Notes: generated from the letters alone by a model not told the origin. A stretch of 64,000 nt of DNA from an uncultured Candidatus Rokubacteria bacterium (GCA_963789955.1 CAWBMV010000034.1:1152001-1216000), one strand, 5' to 3'. Shown: positions 45,416 through 56,827, numbered from the stretch's first letter. Numbers and translations: made by a program.

Positions 45416-47067
45416 GTGGTGGACCCCCGCGCTGGAATGCCCGCGGAGCCAGCCATGCTGGCGAACATTCCGCGGCTGATGACGGCGTACTACACGACGC
45501 GGCCTGATCCCTCGCGGCGCGAGCAGAGGGTGGCCTTCGGCACGTCCGGCCATCGCGGCTCGGCGCTCGTCGGCTCGTTCAACGAGGCCCACATCCTCGC
45601 GATCACCCAGGCCATCTGCGAATACCGCCGACGGCAGGACATCGACGGCCCCCTGTTCCTCGGGATCGATACGCACGCCCTCTCGGAGTCGGCCTTCGCC
45701 AGCGCCCTCGAGGTGCTGGCGGCCCACGGGGTCGAGGTCATGATCGACGACCGTGACGGGTACACGCCCACGCCCGTCATCTCGCACGCGATCCTGACGT
45801 ACAACCGCGGCCGCACGAGCGGTCTCGCCGACGGCATCGTCGTGACGCCCTCGCACAACCCGCCCGAGGACGGCGGCTTCAAGTACAACCCGCCGCACGG
45901 CGGACCCGCCGACACTCACGTGACCGGATGGATCCAGGATCGGGCGAACGCGCTCCTCGCCGACGGTCTCGCGGAGGTGGAACGCGTCACGTTCGAGCGC
46001 GCGCGCCGCGCGTCGACGACGCACCGCTTCGACTACATGGGCGCCTACGTCGCCGATCTGGGAAACGTGGTGGATCTGGACATCGTGCGCGGCGCCCAGC
46101 TCAGCCTCGCGGTCGATCCGCTCGGGGGCGCGGGCGTGCACTACTGGTCGATGATCGGTGACCGCTATCGCTTACCGCTGACGGTGGTGAGCGACGTCGT
46201 CGATCCGACCTTCGCGTTCATGACGGTCGACTGGGACGGCAAGATCCGGATGGACTGCTCGTCGCCCTATGCGATGCGGCGACTCATCGGGCTCAAGGAT
46301 CGCTTCGACGTCGCGTGGGCGTGCGATACCGATCACGATCGGCACGGCATCGTGGCGCGAAGCGTCGGGCTCATGAACCCGAACCACTATCTCGCCGTGG
46401 CGATCTCCTACCTGTTCAGCCATCGGCCCGCCTGGCCGCGAGGCGCCGGAATCGGCAAGACGCTCGTGAGCAGCAGCATGATCGATCGGGTCGCCGCCCG
46501 GCTCGGGCGTCCGCTGCTGGAGGTGCCCGTCGGGTTCAAGTGGTTCGTCGACGGGCTCCTCGCCGCGTCGCTCGGGTTCGGGGGCGAGGAGAGCGCAGGG
46601 GCCTCGTTCCTCCGCCGCGACGGCACGGTGTGGACCACCGACAAGGACGGGATCGTTCTCGGCCTCCTTTCCGCGGAGATGACCGCGGTGACCGGGCGCG
46701 ACCCCGGCGAGCTCTACCGCGAGCTCACGGTGGAATTCGGCGAGTGCGCCTACGAGCGGATCGACGCGCCGGCGACGCCCGAGCAGAAGGCGCGGCTCGC
46801 CGAGGCTGTCGCCGGAGCAGATCACGGCCTCCGAGCTCGCGGGTGAGCGGATCACGGCGCGGCTCACGACGGCGCCGGGGAACAACGCGCCCATCGGCGG
46901 GTTGAAAGTGGTCGCTCCGAGCGGCTGGTTCGCAGCACGGCCCTCGGGCACCGAAGATGTCTACAAGCTCTACGCGGAGAGCTTCAAAGGGAAGCGACCA
47001 TCTGCATCGGATCCAGAAGGAGGCGCTGGCGGTCATTCAGAACGTTATCCGCGAGGGCGAGAGCTAA
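45416..47067 (+). CDS. pgm: Phosphoglucomutase, indels near the C-terminus
   Basis: [50 protein letters not shown]. Confidence 0.93.
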
Positions 47068-47122
47068 GTCTTCGGGCCGATCGCGCCGGTCCGTCTCCGC
47101 AACATCCTCCCGCACTGCTTAG

Positions 47123-47141
47123 TGGTCAATACAGCACAGAC
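47123..47141 (+). promoter_or_regulatory. Variant putative Crp/Fnr-family box (site 1 of 6)
   Basis: TGGTCA-ATAC-AGCACA-GAC upstream of the first MlaC-family gene. Confidence 0.45.
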
Positions 47142-47231
47142 TCCACAAGGCGAAGAGCGTACTCCTTAGTTGGGCCCATCTGACGTCAGGCAGGCCTGGG
47201 ACGACCATTCCCGCTAGCTAAAGGATGAGTG

Positions 47232-47948
47232 ATGAAACCACTGGGGGACCGGACGAGAGGTAGTGACCGCGCGCTGTATCGGCGCTTTGGCGCGGCGCTG
47301 GTGATCCTGGTGACCGCGGTTCCGCTCGGCACGCAGCCTGCCCGTTCCGGGGACGCAGTTCAGGCTGTGCAGCCGAGCGCGGTCGCGAGTCGCGTCCGCC
47401 CCCTCGACCTCGTCAAGTCGTCCGTCTCGCAGGTGCTGGCGGCCGTTCAATCACAGACGCCCGCCGGCAGCGAGAGCACCAGCCGCCGGACCGAGATTCG
47501 GCGGGTGGCGGACGCGTTGTTCGACTTCAACGAGATGGCTCGGCTGGCCTTGTCCCGGCACTGGAGCGCCCAGTCGCCGAGGGACCAGGACGAGTTCGTT
47601 CGACTGTTTACCGCGCTGCTGGAACGGTCCTATCTGTCGACGATCGAGAACTACGCTGGAGAGCGGATCGCGTTCCTGGGCGAGTCGATCAACGGCTCGT
47701 ACGCGCAGGTGCGATCCCGGATCACGACCGATCGCCGAGTGGAGATCTCGATCGACTACCGTCTCATCGACAGGGGCGATCGATGGGAGGTGTACGACGT
47801 GGTGCTCGACAACGTGAGCCTCGTCTCGAACTACCGGAGTCAGTTCAATTCGATCATCCGGACGTCGTCCTTCGGGGATCTGTTGACGAGGCTTCGGAAC
47901 AAGCAGATCGACGCGCATGTGATTCCGCGAGTCGGTCGCGGGTCGTGA
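47232..47948 (+). CDS. MlaC/Ttg2D (HpnM-like) periplasmic lipid-binding protein
   Basis: FDFNEMARLAL, IDYRL, WEVYDVVLDNVSLVSNYRSQF. Confidence 0.88.
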   Translation: MKPLGDRTRGSDRALYRRFGAALVILVTAVPLGTQPARSGDAVQAVQPSAVASRVRPLDLVKSSVSQVLAAVQSQTPAGSESTSRRTEIRRVADALFDFNEMARLALSRHWSAQSPRDQDEFVRLFTALLERSYLSTIENYAGERIAFLGESINGSYAQVRSRITTDRRVEISIDYRLIDRGDRWEVYDVVLDNVSLVSNYRSQFNSIIRTSSFGDLLTRLRNKQIDAHVIPRVGRGS

Positions 47949-47994
47949 CGACCTTGACATCCGCCCGATCGAAAAGACACACGGAGAGAGCTAC

Positions 47995-48183
47995 ATGAGC
48001 CTGCTCGGAGTCGTCCTCACATTGGTCGTGGTCGGAGTTCTGCTCTGGTTGCTCAACAACTACGTGCCGATGGATTCGAAGATCAAGTCGATCGTCAACG
48101 TGGTCGTCGTCGTCGTCGTCGTCGTCTGGCTCCTGCAGGGCTTCGGGCTGCTCGGCTCATTGCAGAACATCCGCATGAGATAG
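47995..48183 (+). CDS. Small two-TM membrane protein (Thivi_2564-like)
   Basis: LVVVGVLLWLLNNYVPMDSKIKSIVNVVVV; RBS GGAG. Confidence 0.75.
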   Translation: MSLLGVVLTLVVVGVLLWLLNNYVPMDSKIKSIVNVVVVVVVVVWLLQGFGLLGSLQNIRMR

Positions 48184-48227
48184 CGGGCCCCTGAGGTCAT
48201 CGGGCGCGAAGAGAGCTGGTGATAGGC

Positions 48228-48296
48228 ATGTGGATGGCGTTCGCGATCGGGGTGACTGGTGTGCTGTTGCTCAAGATGTTCGTGCTGCGATTCTGA
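48228..48296 (+). CDS. Possible 22-aa single-TM microprotein
   Basis: MWMAFAIGVTGVLLLKMFVLRF between two other small membrane-protein genes. Confidence 0.35.
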   Translation: MWMAFAIGVTGVLLLKMFVLRF

Positions 48297-48384
48297 CGAG
48301 CCCGGCCCCTGTTTCGACCCGCGGGGTGCGATGGCATCAGCGGGTCAAGGGCCAGGACGTCAGGGGAGAGAGAAGGAGAGTGTC

Positions 48385-48534
48385 ATGTTGTGGACAGTTG
48401 CGGTGATTCTGTTGGTGCTGTGGGCGCTCGGGATGGGCACTGCGTACACGGGCGGCGGGTTGGTCCATGTCCTGCTCGTGATCGCGGCTATTGTCGTCGC
48501 ATTCCAGTTTCTAGGGGGTCGCCGGATCGTCTGA
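48385..48534 (+). CDS. Small membrane protein (lmo0937/DUF5670-like, 49 aa)
   Basis: MLWTVAVILLVLWALG...GGLVHVLLVIA; RBS AAGGAG. Confidence 0.8.
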   Translation: MLWTVAVILLVLWALGMGTAYTGGGLVHVLLVIAAIVVAFQFLGGRRIV

Positions 48535-48673
48535 CGACGCCTCGGTGCGTGCGCGGTCGAGCGCCGCAGTAGGGACGTAGCGAGAAGCGTCGAGGATCCC
48601 GGCGACAAGACAACGACGAGTCGCCGGCGAGTAGGTCGCGTTAAACCACGTGTGTTGTGAGGAGAATCGGACT

Positions 48674-49235
48674 ATGCGGTACGGTACTACGATGACGGCA
48701 GCGATCTTGATGACCCTTGTCGTTGCGGCCCCGCTGGCAGCGGGCGCAGCCGACGAGAAGGCCCAGACCACGACGCAAGAAGTCACGACGATGGCCAGCG
48801 ATAGCTGGCTCACCTCCAAGACCAAGATCTCGCTCTTCGCCGACGAACGGGTGAAGATGACCCAGATCAGCGTCGACACCACCAAGGGTGTCGTCCATCT
48901 CCGCGGCAAGGTCGACTCCGCCGAGGCCAAGAGCGCCGCCGGCGACGTCGCGCAAGGGATCGAGGGTGTGAAGTCCGTGAAGAACGATCTCCAGGTGGTG
49001 ACGCCGGCGGCCCGCCAGGCGGTGGACGCCAACGATAAGGACATCGCAAAGGCCGTCGAGACCCGGTTCGGCAAGGATTCGCAGCTCAAGATGGTGGATG
49101 TCCGCACCGACTCCGGTGTCGTCACATTGACCGGTCAGGTGGCGACCATCGGCGCCAGCGCCAAGGCCTCCGAGATGGCGCGCGGCGTTGCCGGGCGTGA
49201 AGTCGGTCAAGAACGAGCTCGCCTTCGCGAAGTAG
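48674..49235 (+). CDS. Dual BON-domain (OsmY-like) periplasmic protein, indel near the end
   Basis: Signal peptide; DSWLTSKTK..GVVHLRG..GVKSVKNDL; second GVVTLTG..VKSVKNEL. Confidence 0.88.
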
Positions 49236-49425
49236 AGAACTAGCGGGCTAGGCAGTCGGAACGGGAGAGCAGTGACGGCGCCCGCCGTTCGGCAGCGACG
49301 TGAAGGGGCTGCGACGGCGGGCGTACTCGCATATGCGCTACACACGGTGGACTACATGGCGAGCGAGATCCGTCGCCCAGATGGTGGCGCCGGCGCAGAC
49401 CACAAAAGGATCGGGAACTTGGCGA

Positions 49426-49902
49426 ATGAAGACCCTGGAAGTTGGCAGCGGTCGCGATGGCTCTCGTGATTGTCACCGTGGTTGCGACGGGCCTCGTCGT
49501 GGCGAACTGGCGCGACAAGAAGATGGTTGACGTCAGCCCGGGCCGCGCGACGCTGAGCGTGGCAAGCCCATCGGCGGGACCGGCGGCACCGACGACAGCG
49601 GGCGTCCCGACGCAATCGGCGGTCGACGCGTGCAACCAGTCCGCAGCGGCCCAGGCCGGCCAGCGTGAGAACACCAGATACCGTGATCGCCGGCGCGATC
49701 GGCGCAGTCGCGGGTGCCGCAGTCGGCGCGGCGGGCGGCGCCGTCGTTGCCGGCGGGAGCGGTGCCGGCAAGGGCGCGGTCATCGGTGGCCTCGTGGGCG
49801 CAGGGGGCGGGACGCTCTGGCCTGAACGAGAACAAGAAGCACGACGAGAGCTACCGCAATGCCTACGCAGCCTGCATGCACTCGCGCGGCTACACGGGGT
49901 GA
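49426..49902 (+). CDS. Glycine-zipper membrane protein, indels
   Basis: GAIGAVAGAAVGAAGGAV..GKGAVIGGLVG; YRNAYAACMHSRGY. Confidence 0.72.
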
Positions 49903-50033
49903 GGGGCAGCTTCAACCGGACCGGCCGACATAACATGCCGGATTCGTTCGACTATTGACGCCGTGTGAGGCGCTGGGCTAGACTCTAGCCTTGACCCGTA
50001 TCGAATCCCTGCTCATATAAGAGGGAGCAATAC

Positions 50034-50684
50034 ATGGCCAAAAAAAAGACGCGCCACTCGATCTCAGGACGTACCTTGCGAAGGCCCGCGGGGGAACCAC
50101 CAAGGACTTTCGAAAGAAAGCCACCGTCTTCACGCAGGGCAGTACCCGCGGACGCGGTCTTTTACATCGAGAAGGGCAAGGTGAAGCTGACGGTCCTGTC
50201 CACGCGCGGAAAGGAAGCGGTCGTCGCAATCTTGGGGAGCGGCGATTTCTTTGGTGAAGGGTGCCTCGCGGGACAGCCGCTTCGCATGGCCACGGCGACC
50301 GCGATGACCGAGTGCTCGATCCTTCGGCTTCAAAAAGAAACCATGGTCCGGATGCTCCACAATGAGCCCGCATTGTCCGAGCTCTTCATGGCGTACCTGC
50401 TCTCCCGGAATGTGCGGATCGAAGAGGACCTGGTCGATCAGCTGTTCAATTCCAGTGAGAAGCGGCTGGCGCGGATTCTGTTGTTGCTGACCCGCTTCGG
50501 CAAAGACGGGCAACATGAGCCCGTCGTGCCCAAGATCAGTCAGGAAACCCTGGCCGAAATGGTCGGGACGACGCGGTCCCGAGTCAGTTTCTTCATGAAC
50601 AAGTTTCGGAAGCTGGGCTTCATTGAATACAACGGCGGCTTGAACGTTCATAGCTCCCTCCTGAATATCGTCCTCCACGACTAG
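50034..50684 (+). CDS. Crp/Fnr-family transcriptional regulator, indels in the N-terminus
   Basis: GDFFGEGCLAGQPLRMATA, SSEKRLARILL, ISQETLAEMVGTTRSRVS HTH. Confidence 0.92.
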   Translation: MAKKKTRHSISGRTLRRPAGEPPRTFERKPPSSRRAVPADAVFYIEKGKVKLTVLSTRGKEAVVAILGSGDFFGEGCLAGQPLRMATATAMTECSILRLQKETMVRMLHNEPALSELFMAYLLSRNVRIEEDLVDQLFNSSEKRLARILLLLTRFGKDGQHEPVVPKISQETLAEMVGTTRSRVSFFMNKFRKLGFIEYNGGLNVHSSLLNIVLHD

Positions 50685-50722
50685 AGGGCGTCAGACCGGT
50701 CCTCCCTCCTAAGTAGAAGACC

Positions 50723-50741
50723 TGAGCAATTCTGCTCAGAC
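50723..50741 (+). promoter_or_regulatory. Putative Crp/Fnr-family box (site 2, perfect palindrome)
   Basis: TGAGCA-ATTC-TGCTCA-GAC. Confidence 0.65.
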
Positions 50742-50902
50742 AGCAGAACCTGAGTGGTCGACCCTGTGATGCATGGCGCGACGTGTCTCGCAAACCCTGG
50801 AAATGGGGCACGGGCCCGGGACGATTCGCGCAGGACACCTGCGCGCCGAGACCCCGGTGAATCTGGCGTGTTTACCTGCTGCCGACATCTGCGAGGGCCA
50901 CC

Positions 50903-51157
50903 ATGCAAGTCGAAGCTCTTCGTCTCTTCATCCGGGAGAAGCTCCAAGACGGCCGTCTACCTCACGAGCAGATCTCACAGGTGCAAAGCCGTCCAGCCGA
51001 CGGACAGAAATGCGACGCCTGCGAGAAGCTCATTACGATGGCCCAGTTCGTGGTGACGGGGACCACCCTCGCGGGTCGGGGATCCATTCAGTTGCACGTC
51101 GAATGCTTCCAGCTCTGGGACGACGAGAGGTCCGCGCGGAGGTCGAAAACCGCGTGA
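50903..51157 (+). CDS. Small hypothetical protein with CxxC...HxxC (paralog A)
   Basis: IREKLQDGRLP, CDAC, HVECFQLW; paralog at 57463. Confidence 0.75.
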   Translation: MQVEALRLFIREKLQDGRLPHEQISQVQSRPADGQKCDACEKLITMAQFVVTGTTLAGRGSIQLHVECFQLWDDERSARRSKTA

Positions 51158-51173
51158 GCAATATTGACCAGTC
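51155..51173 (+). promoter_or_regulatory. Putative Crp/Fnr-family box (site 3)
   Basis: TGAGCA-ATAT-TGACCA-GTC with TAGAGT at 51192. Confidence 0.6.
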
Positions 51174-51229
51174 TTCGCGTGCCGGCGCGGATAGAGTCTC
51201 CCTTCAAGAGGACGTCAAGGGGGTGAGGC

Positions 51230-51670
51230 ATGACGACTCCCGTAACGTGGCTCAATGAAGGCTCTCGCCTTGATGGTGTCCGGGTGCTGGTCGTCGACGA
51301 CGCGCGCAACGTGCGAGAGGTCGTGAGTGACATCCTCACGCATGATGGCGCCACGGTCACCGCGGTCGATTCCGCCGAGGAGGCGCTCGCCGCGCTGCAG
51401 AGGGAGCGCCCGGACGTGCTCCTGAGCGACCTCGCGATGCCCGGAAAGGGTGGCTACTGGCTGATCGGGCAGGTTCGGGCGCTCCCGCCTGAGCGTGGTG
51501 GAGTTACCCCCGCCGCGGCCCTGACGGCTTACACCGGTCCCGAACACCGCGCGAGCGTCCTGAGAGCAGGGTTCCAGCTCCATGTGGAGAAGCCCATCGG
51601 TCTCGATGCGTTGATCGGGGTCGTGGCGATGCTGGCGCCGAAGGAACGCGCCGTAGCACCCAGGTTGTGA
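51230..51670 (+). CDS. Single-domain response regulator
   Basis: VLVVDD, PDVLLSDLAMP, ALTA, HVEKP. Confidence 0.9.
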   Translation: MTTPVTWLNEGSRLDGVRVLVVDDARNVREVVSDILTHDGATVTAVDSAEEALAALQRERPDVLLSDLAMPGKGGYWLIGQVRALPPERGGVTPAAALTAYTGPEHRASVLRAGFQLHVEKPIGLDALIGVVAMLAPKERAVAPRL

Positions 51671-51722
51671 CGCCCGCGGACGAGCCGTTCGAGCCGACTC
51701 CTCAGTCGGCGTAGATCACAAC

Positions 51723-53526
51723 GTGGGCCTGCGAAGCCCGCGCCGGGGCTCGGCGCGCCGGCGGGCGACGTCCGTGCTGGAGGAGCGCCTGCGGTTCGAG
51801 ACGCTCCTCTCGGAGCTCTCGGCTGGGTTGATCCACCTCCCGGCCAGCGCGATCGACGCGGCGCTCGCGCGCGCGCTGCAGCAGGTCGCCATGTTCCTCG
51901 GCGTGGATCGCGGCAGCCTCGACGTGTACGCCGGAGGCGAGCCGGGGGTCCGTGTCTCATGGACGCGGCCCGGCCTCGAAGAGCCGCCGCGGGTCATGGA
52001 CGCCGATCAGTTCCCCTGGACGGCCAAGAGACTCTGGAGCGGGGACATCGTCCGATTCGCTCGGACCGATGAGCTCCCGGAAGACGCGGCGCTCGATCGC
52101 GCAAGCTACGAGCGCGCGGGTACGCGATCGAAGGTGTCTCTCCCCCTGAGCGCCGGTGGTCCCGATGCTCGGCGTGCTCTCCTTCGGCTCGGTTCGGAGC
52201 GAACGAGCCTGGCCAGCCGAGTTGGTGGAACGGCTTCGCCTTCTCGGCGCGGCCTTCGCCAGTGCCCTGGAACGGAAGCGCATGGAGCTCTCGCTCGCCG
52301 AGCGCGTTCGATTCGAGAAGCTCCTGTCGTCCCTCTCGACCGCATTGAGTCATCTGTCGGCCGGCGATTTCAATCGAGAGGTTCAGCGCGCGCTTCATCG
52401 CGTCGTCGACTTCCTCGGGGTGGCGCGCGGTAGTCTGATCGAGTTCTCCCGGGACGGGAGCACCACCCATTCGTGGGCGATCGAGGAATGGATGGACGTC
52501 GGCGAGTTCCCGTGGATGACGGCGCGCCTGCAGCGCGGAGACGTCGTCAGCTTTTCCGAGATCGAGAAGCTTCCGGACGAGGCCGCGGTGGACCGGCGGA
52601 GCTATCTCGATCACCGCGTCAAGCCCCAGGTGGCGGTGCCGCTGCTGGCAGGTGGCATCGTGGTGGGAGGCCTCGTGTTCAGCACGGGCGACGCCGAACG
52701 CTCGAGGTCGGACGAGGTGTTACTGATGCAGCAGCTGCACCTCCTCGGGGAAGTCTTCGCCAATGCGCTGTCGCGCAAGCAGGGAGAGCTCGAAACGCAG
52801 CGGCTGCGGCAGGAGCTGACGCACATCGGCCGGGTGTCTGCGATGGGCGAGCTCAGTGCGTCCCTGGCCCACGAGCTGAACCAACCGCTGACCGCGATCC
52901 TCAGCAACGCTCAGGCGGCTCAGAATCTGCTCGCGTGCGACGTCGTCGATCTCGAGGCGATGCGCGAAATCCTGACCGACATCGTCGCGGATGACAAGCG
53001 GGCCGCTGCCGTGATCCGCCGGCTGCGCAGCTTGCTCAGGAAGGGTGACCTCGAGTTCGTCCCGCTCGACGTCAACGAAATCGTCAGTGAAGTGGGTTGG
53101 CTCGTGAAGAACGATGCGCTCACCCGCAACGTGTCGCTGCGCCTCGACCTCGCCGCCGATCTGCCAGGGGTGCTCGGCGACCGGGTGCAGCTGCAGCAGG
53201 TGGTGCTGAACCTGGTGCTGAATGGCCTCGAAGCCCTGCGGCCACCCTGGGCGGGTGCCCGAACTCTCGTCATCCGGACCGCCAGGGACGGTGCCACCAC
53301 CGTCACGGTTGCGGTTCAGGACTCCGGCGCCGGGATCGATGAGAAGGACACGGACCGCATCTTCCAGCCCTTCTACACGACCAAGGCCGAAGGATTGGGT
53401 ATGGGCCTGGCCATTGCGCGAACCATCGTGGACGCGCACGGCGGCCGGCTGGTCGCCGCGAACAACGAACATGGCGGGGCGACCGTCCGGTTCACGTTGC
53501 CGATGGGGAGGACGGACGAATGCTGA
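51723..53526 (+). CDS. Cytoplasmic sensor histidine kinase with two tandem GAF-like repeats, one indel
   Basis: Duplicated RFExLLSxLS..FLGVxRGSL..FPW..LPxxAAxDRxSY; AHELNQPL, VQDSGAG, GLGMGL. Confidence 0.9.
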
Positions 53527-54153
53527 CCGCAGTCGTACCGCTCGTCTTCGTCGTCGACGATGACCTTTCGGTGCGCAAGAGCTTGAGTCGCTTGCTGACA
53601 TTGGCCGGGTACACGGTCGAGGCGTTCCAGTCGGCCCGCGAGTTCCTGACGCGTGAAGCGCCGGAGGGCCCGTGCTGCCTGGTCCTCGACGTGCGGATGC
53701 CAGGCCTCACCGGGATCGAGATGCAGGAGGCGCTGGCGGCCGCGGGGCGCCGAATGTCCATCGTCTTCATCACGGGTCACCTCGACGTTCCGGCGAGCGT
53801 CAAGGCCATGAAAGGCGGGGCGGTCGACCTGCTCACCAAGCCAATCGATCGGGAAGAGCTCCTGGCCGCGGTCGCGCGGGCCGTAGCAAAGGACGCGGCG
53901 GATCTGGAGCGACGAGACTCGCACCGCGGAGATCCGGCAGCGCGTCAAGATGCTGACCGTGCGGGAGACGCAGGTCTTCGCGCTCGTCGTGACGGGAATG
54001 TTGAACAAGCAGATCGCCTACGATCTCGGTGTCGGCCTGAAGACGATCAAGGCGCACCGCGCGCGGGTCATGGAAAAGATGCGGGCGGCATCGGTGGCCG
54101 AGCTGGTTCGTCTGGCGGACGCGGCCGGCGTGATCGTGCCCGGGCCCTCGTGA
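53520..54153 (+). CDS. FixJ/TodT-type response regulator (receiver plus LuxR HTH), one indel
   Basis: VFVVDDD, LDVRMP, LTKP; LTVRETQV..GMLNKQIAYDLG..TIKAHRARVMEKM. Confidence 0.9.
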
Positions 54154-55064
54154 CGGCGGCGCACCGGCTCTCGTCGCGCATCGACCGATTTCCGCCGCCC
54201 CGTCTCACGCCGCGCGTCGTCTGGTCGCTGCTCCGGGAGACGGTCTTCGAGTGGTACGAGGACCGGGCGCCGAGGCTGGGGGCGGCGCTCGCGTTCTACA
54301 CCGTCTTCGCGCTGGCGCCGGGGCTGATCGTCATCATCGCCCTCGCGGCGCTCCTGCTCGGGCATGAGGCGGCGCAGGGCCAGATCATCGATCAGGTACA
54401 GGACCTCATCGGCGTCGCCGGGGCCCAGGCGATTCAGGCGGCGATCGAGAGTGCCCGCAGCGCCGGCGGCAGCCTCGCCGCCACCGGCCTGGGCGTCCTC
54501 ACGCTGCTGTTTGGGCTCTGGGGTGTCTTCGGAGAGCTGCAGGACGCGCTGAACACCATCTGGGGCGTGACGACCAGGCCCTGGCGTGGGGTGATCGGCG
54601 CCGTCAAGGAGCGTTTCTGGTCGTTCACGATGGTCGTCGGCATCGGATTCTTGCTGCTCGTCTCCCTCGCCGCCAGTGCCTGGCTGGCGGCGGTCGGAAA
54701 GTTCTTCGCCCAGCTGTCGCCGCTACCGGTGGCGGTGATGGAGACGGCCAACGCGCTTCTGTCGTTCGTCACCATCACCCTCATGTTCGCCGTGATCTAC
54801 AAGCTCCTGCCGGACGTGAAGATCACGTGGCAGAACGTGTGGGTCGGCGCCGCCGTGACGGCGCTCCTGTTCACGATCGGCAAGTCGTTGATCGGACTCT
54901 ATCTGGGTCGCAGCACGGTGGCCTCGGTATACGGCGCCGCCGGCTCTCTTATCGTCATTCTGCTCTGGATCTACTACTCGGCTCAGGTCGTGTTCTTCGG
55001 CGCGGAGTTCACCAAGGTCTACTCGAGGCACTTCGGAACGCACGTTCGCGCCGGATCCTCGTGA
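54150..55064 (+). CDS. YihY/BrkB family membrane protein
   Basis: RLGAALAFYTVF, LQDALNTIW, YGAAGSLIVILLWIYYS..FGAEF. Confidence 0.9.
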   Translation: MTAAHRLSSRIDRFPPPRLTPRVVWSLLRETVFEWYEDRAPRLGAALAFYTVFALAPGLIVIIALAALLLGHEAAQGQIIDQVQDLIGVAGAQAIQAAIESARSAGGSLAATGLGVLTLLFGLWGVFGELQDALNTIWGVTTRPWRGVIGAVKERFWSFTMVVGIGFLLLVSLAASAWLAAVGKFFAQLSPLPVAVMETANALLSFVTITLMFAVIYKLLPDVKITWQNVWVGAAVTALLFTIGKSLIGLYLGRSTVASVYGAAGSLIVILLWIYYSAQVVFFGAEFTKVYSRHFGTHVRAGSS

Positions 55065-55146
55065 TGTAAATCCCGTCCGCACGTGGCCAAGGTCCAATAC
55101 CGCGGCGGCGCGCGGTGCCCTACAGTCATCAGGAGAGGTATTCCCT

Positions 55147-55584
55147 GTGATCGACGCACCCGTCATCGCCATCGTCGACGATGACGCCTCGATCCGTCGG
55201 GCGCTCCATCGCCTGGTCCAGGCGAAGGGCTATACCGTCGAGAGCTTCGCCTCCGCCCGTGAGTTTCTCGACGCGGTGCCCCACTGCCGACCGGCCTGCC
55301 TCGTGCTCGACGTCCATCTCAACGGGAGCGGGTTCGAGCTCCAGGAACGCCTGGCCGCCGACGGGCTGAAGATCCCGATCATCTTCATCACGGCCCACGA
55401 CGACGACTCGACCCGGCGTCGGCTCGAAAAGTGCGGGGCTGTCGCGCACCTCTGGAAGCCCGTGGACGAGCAGGCGTTACTTCAGGCGATCCAGCGCGCC
55501 ATCTGGCCGGACGACGACCCGAGCGCGATGCGCCCTAGAGCTGCTCGCGGACCGGAAGGGACAGAAGCTCCAGGAACTGGCTGA
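55147..55584 (+). CDS. Single-domain response regulator (end may be extended by an indel)
   Basis: IVDDD, LVLDVHL, IIFITA, LWKP. Confidence 0.85.
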   Translation: MIDAPVIAIVDDDASIRRALHRLVQAKGYTVESFASAREFLDAVPHCRPACLVLDVHLNGSGFELQERLAADGLKIPIIFITAHDDDSTRRRLEKCGAVAHLWKPVDEQALLQAIQRAIWPDDDPSAMRPRAARGPEGTEAPGTG

Positions 55585-56796
55585 AGAATCCCCGGCCGCG
55601 CCACTGCTGGTACTCGATCTTGCGCGCGTACTTCAGATCCTCCTCGAAGACCTGCTCGAGCTGGGCGACGACGGTCGTGTGATAGACGACGGCGTTGAGC
55701 TCCTCGTTGAGCGCGAACGAGCGACTGTCCAGATTGGTGCTTCCGATCGTCGCCCAGATGCCATCGACGGTCATCACCTTCGCGTGGAGAAGTCCCGGCT
55801 GATACTCGTAGATCTCGATGCCCGCCTCGAGCAGCTCGCCGAACTTCGAGCGACTCGCCTGGCGAACGATGTTGTTGTCGATCGCGCCGGGCAACAGCAC
55901 GACGACCCGCACGCCGCGGCCGGGCGCCTCGATGAGCGCTCGGGTCATCCGGTCGTCGGGAAGGAAGTACGGATTGGTGACGTAGATCGATCGTCGGGCC
56001 GAGGAGATGGCAAGCAGGAACATCGTGTACATCGAGAAGCTTCCCCGCGGGGGAGCTCCGGACGATTTGGGCCGAGACCGACCCGGACCGGGGCGGTCGC
56101 GGGAAGTACGACTCGCCGCCGAGCACGTTGTTGGTCGCGTCGAGCCAGTTTTCGACAAAGGCGCCCTGGAGCGATGCGACCACCGGGCCTTCGACGCGAA
56201 CATCCGTGTCGCGCCAGTGCCCTTTCGTTCGCCCGTCCCCCATCCATTTCGGGCTGAGACCGGACCCGCCGGTGAATCCGACCCGCCCGTCGACGACGAG
56301 GATGCGTCGGTGATTGCGCTTGTTCGCCCTCCCGAACCCAACGGCGGCGAGCAAGCTCAGCGGACTCAACGGCCGAAACGTGGCGACCTGGCAGCCTGCG
56401 CGCGTCATCGTCTCCCGATACTCCGCCGGCATCTTGATGGTCCCGAATCCGTCCAGCAGGACGTGCGCGCGGACCCCCGCCCGGCAGCGATCGGCGAACG
56501 CCTCCGCGATCTCACGGCCGATCGGGCACGTCCTCGTAGAAATACTGGGCGTACGTGATCGTCTCGCGTGCCGCGCGAATCGCCGCCAGCTGCGCGGGAA
56601 AGATCTGATCACCGTTCAGCAGCACGTCCACGATGTTGCCGCCGCCGACCGGCGCCACGGTATAGGCCTCGATGGTCGGAATGAACGCGGGGTCTGCGAC
56701 CGCCAGCTGTGGCAGGGCGAAGTGGGACGGCACTCGGGCGCACGCGGCCGCCGCAAGGCCGAGTAGGGTCGCGCCGATGAGCATCAGGAAGCGCAT
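55535..56796 (-). CDS. Cardiolipin synthase-like phospholipase D, indels
   Basis: NHRRILVVDG and LHAKVMTVDG, WRDTDVRVEGP, TNPYFLP, GSTNLDSRSF; N-terminal lipobox AAAC. Confidence 0.88.
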
Positions 56797-56827
56797 CGTT
56801 CGATTTGACCTCTCGCGAGGGACTGGA

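Noticed and set aside
47327..47342. Sigma-54-like CGGCACGCAGCCTGC
   Set aside because: Lies inside the signal-peptide coding region of the MlaC-family gene, with no supporting context.
48094..48126. GTC tandem repeat
   Set aside because: Encodes a poly-Val transmembrane segment and is not an independent repeat element.
53520..55064. Apparent receiver-YihY fusion (514 aa)
   Set aside because: An indel near 53915 diverts the regulator from its LuxR HTH (ending 54153). YihY starts separately at 54150.
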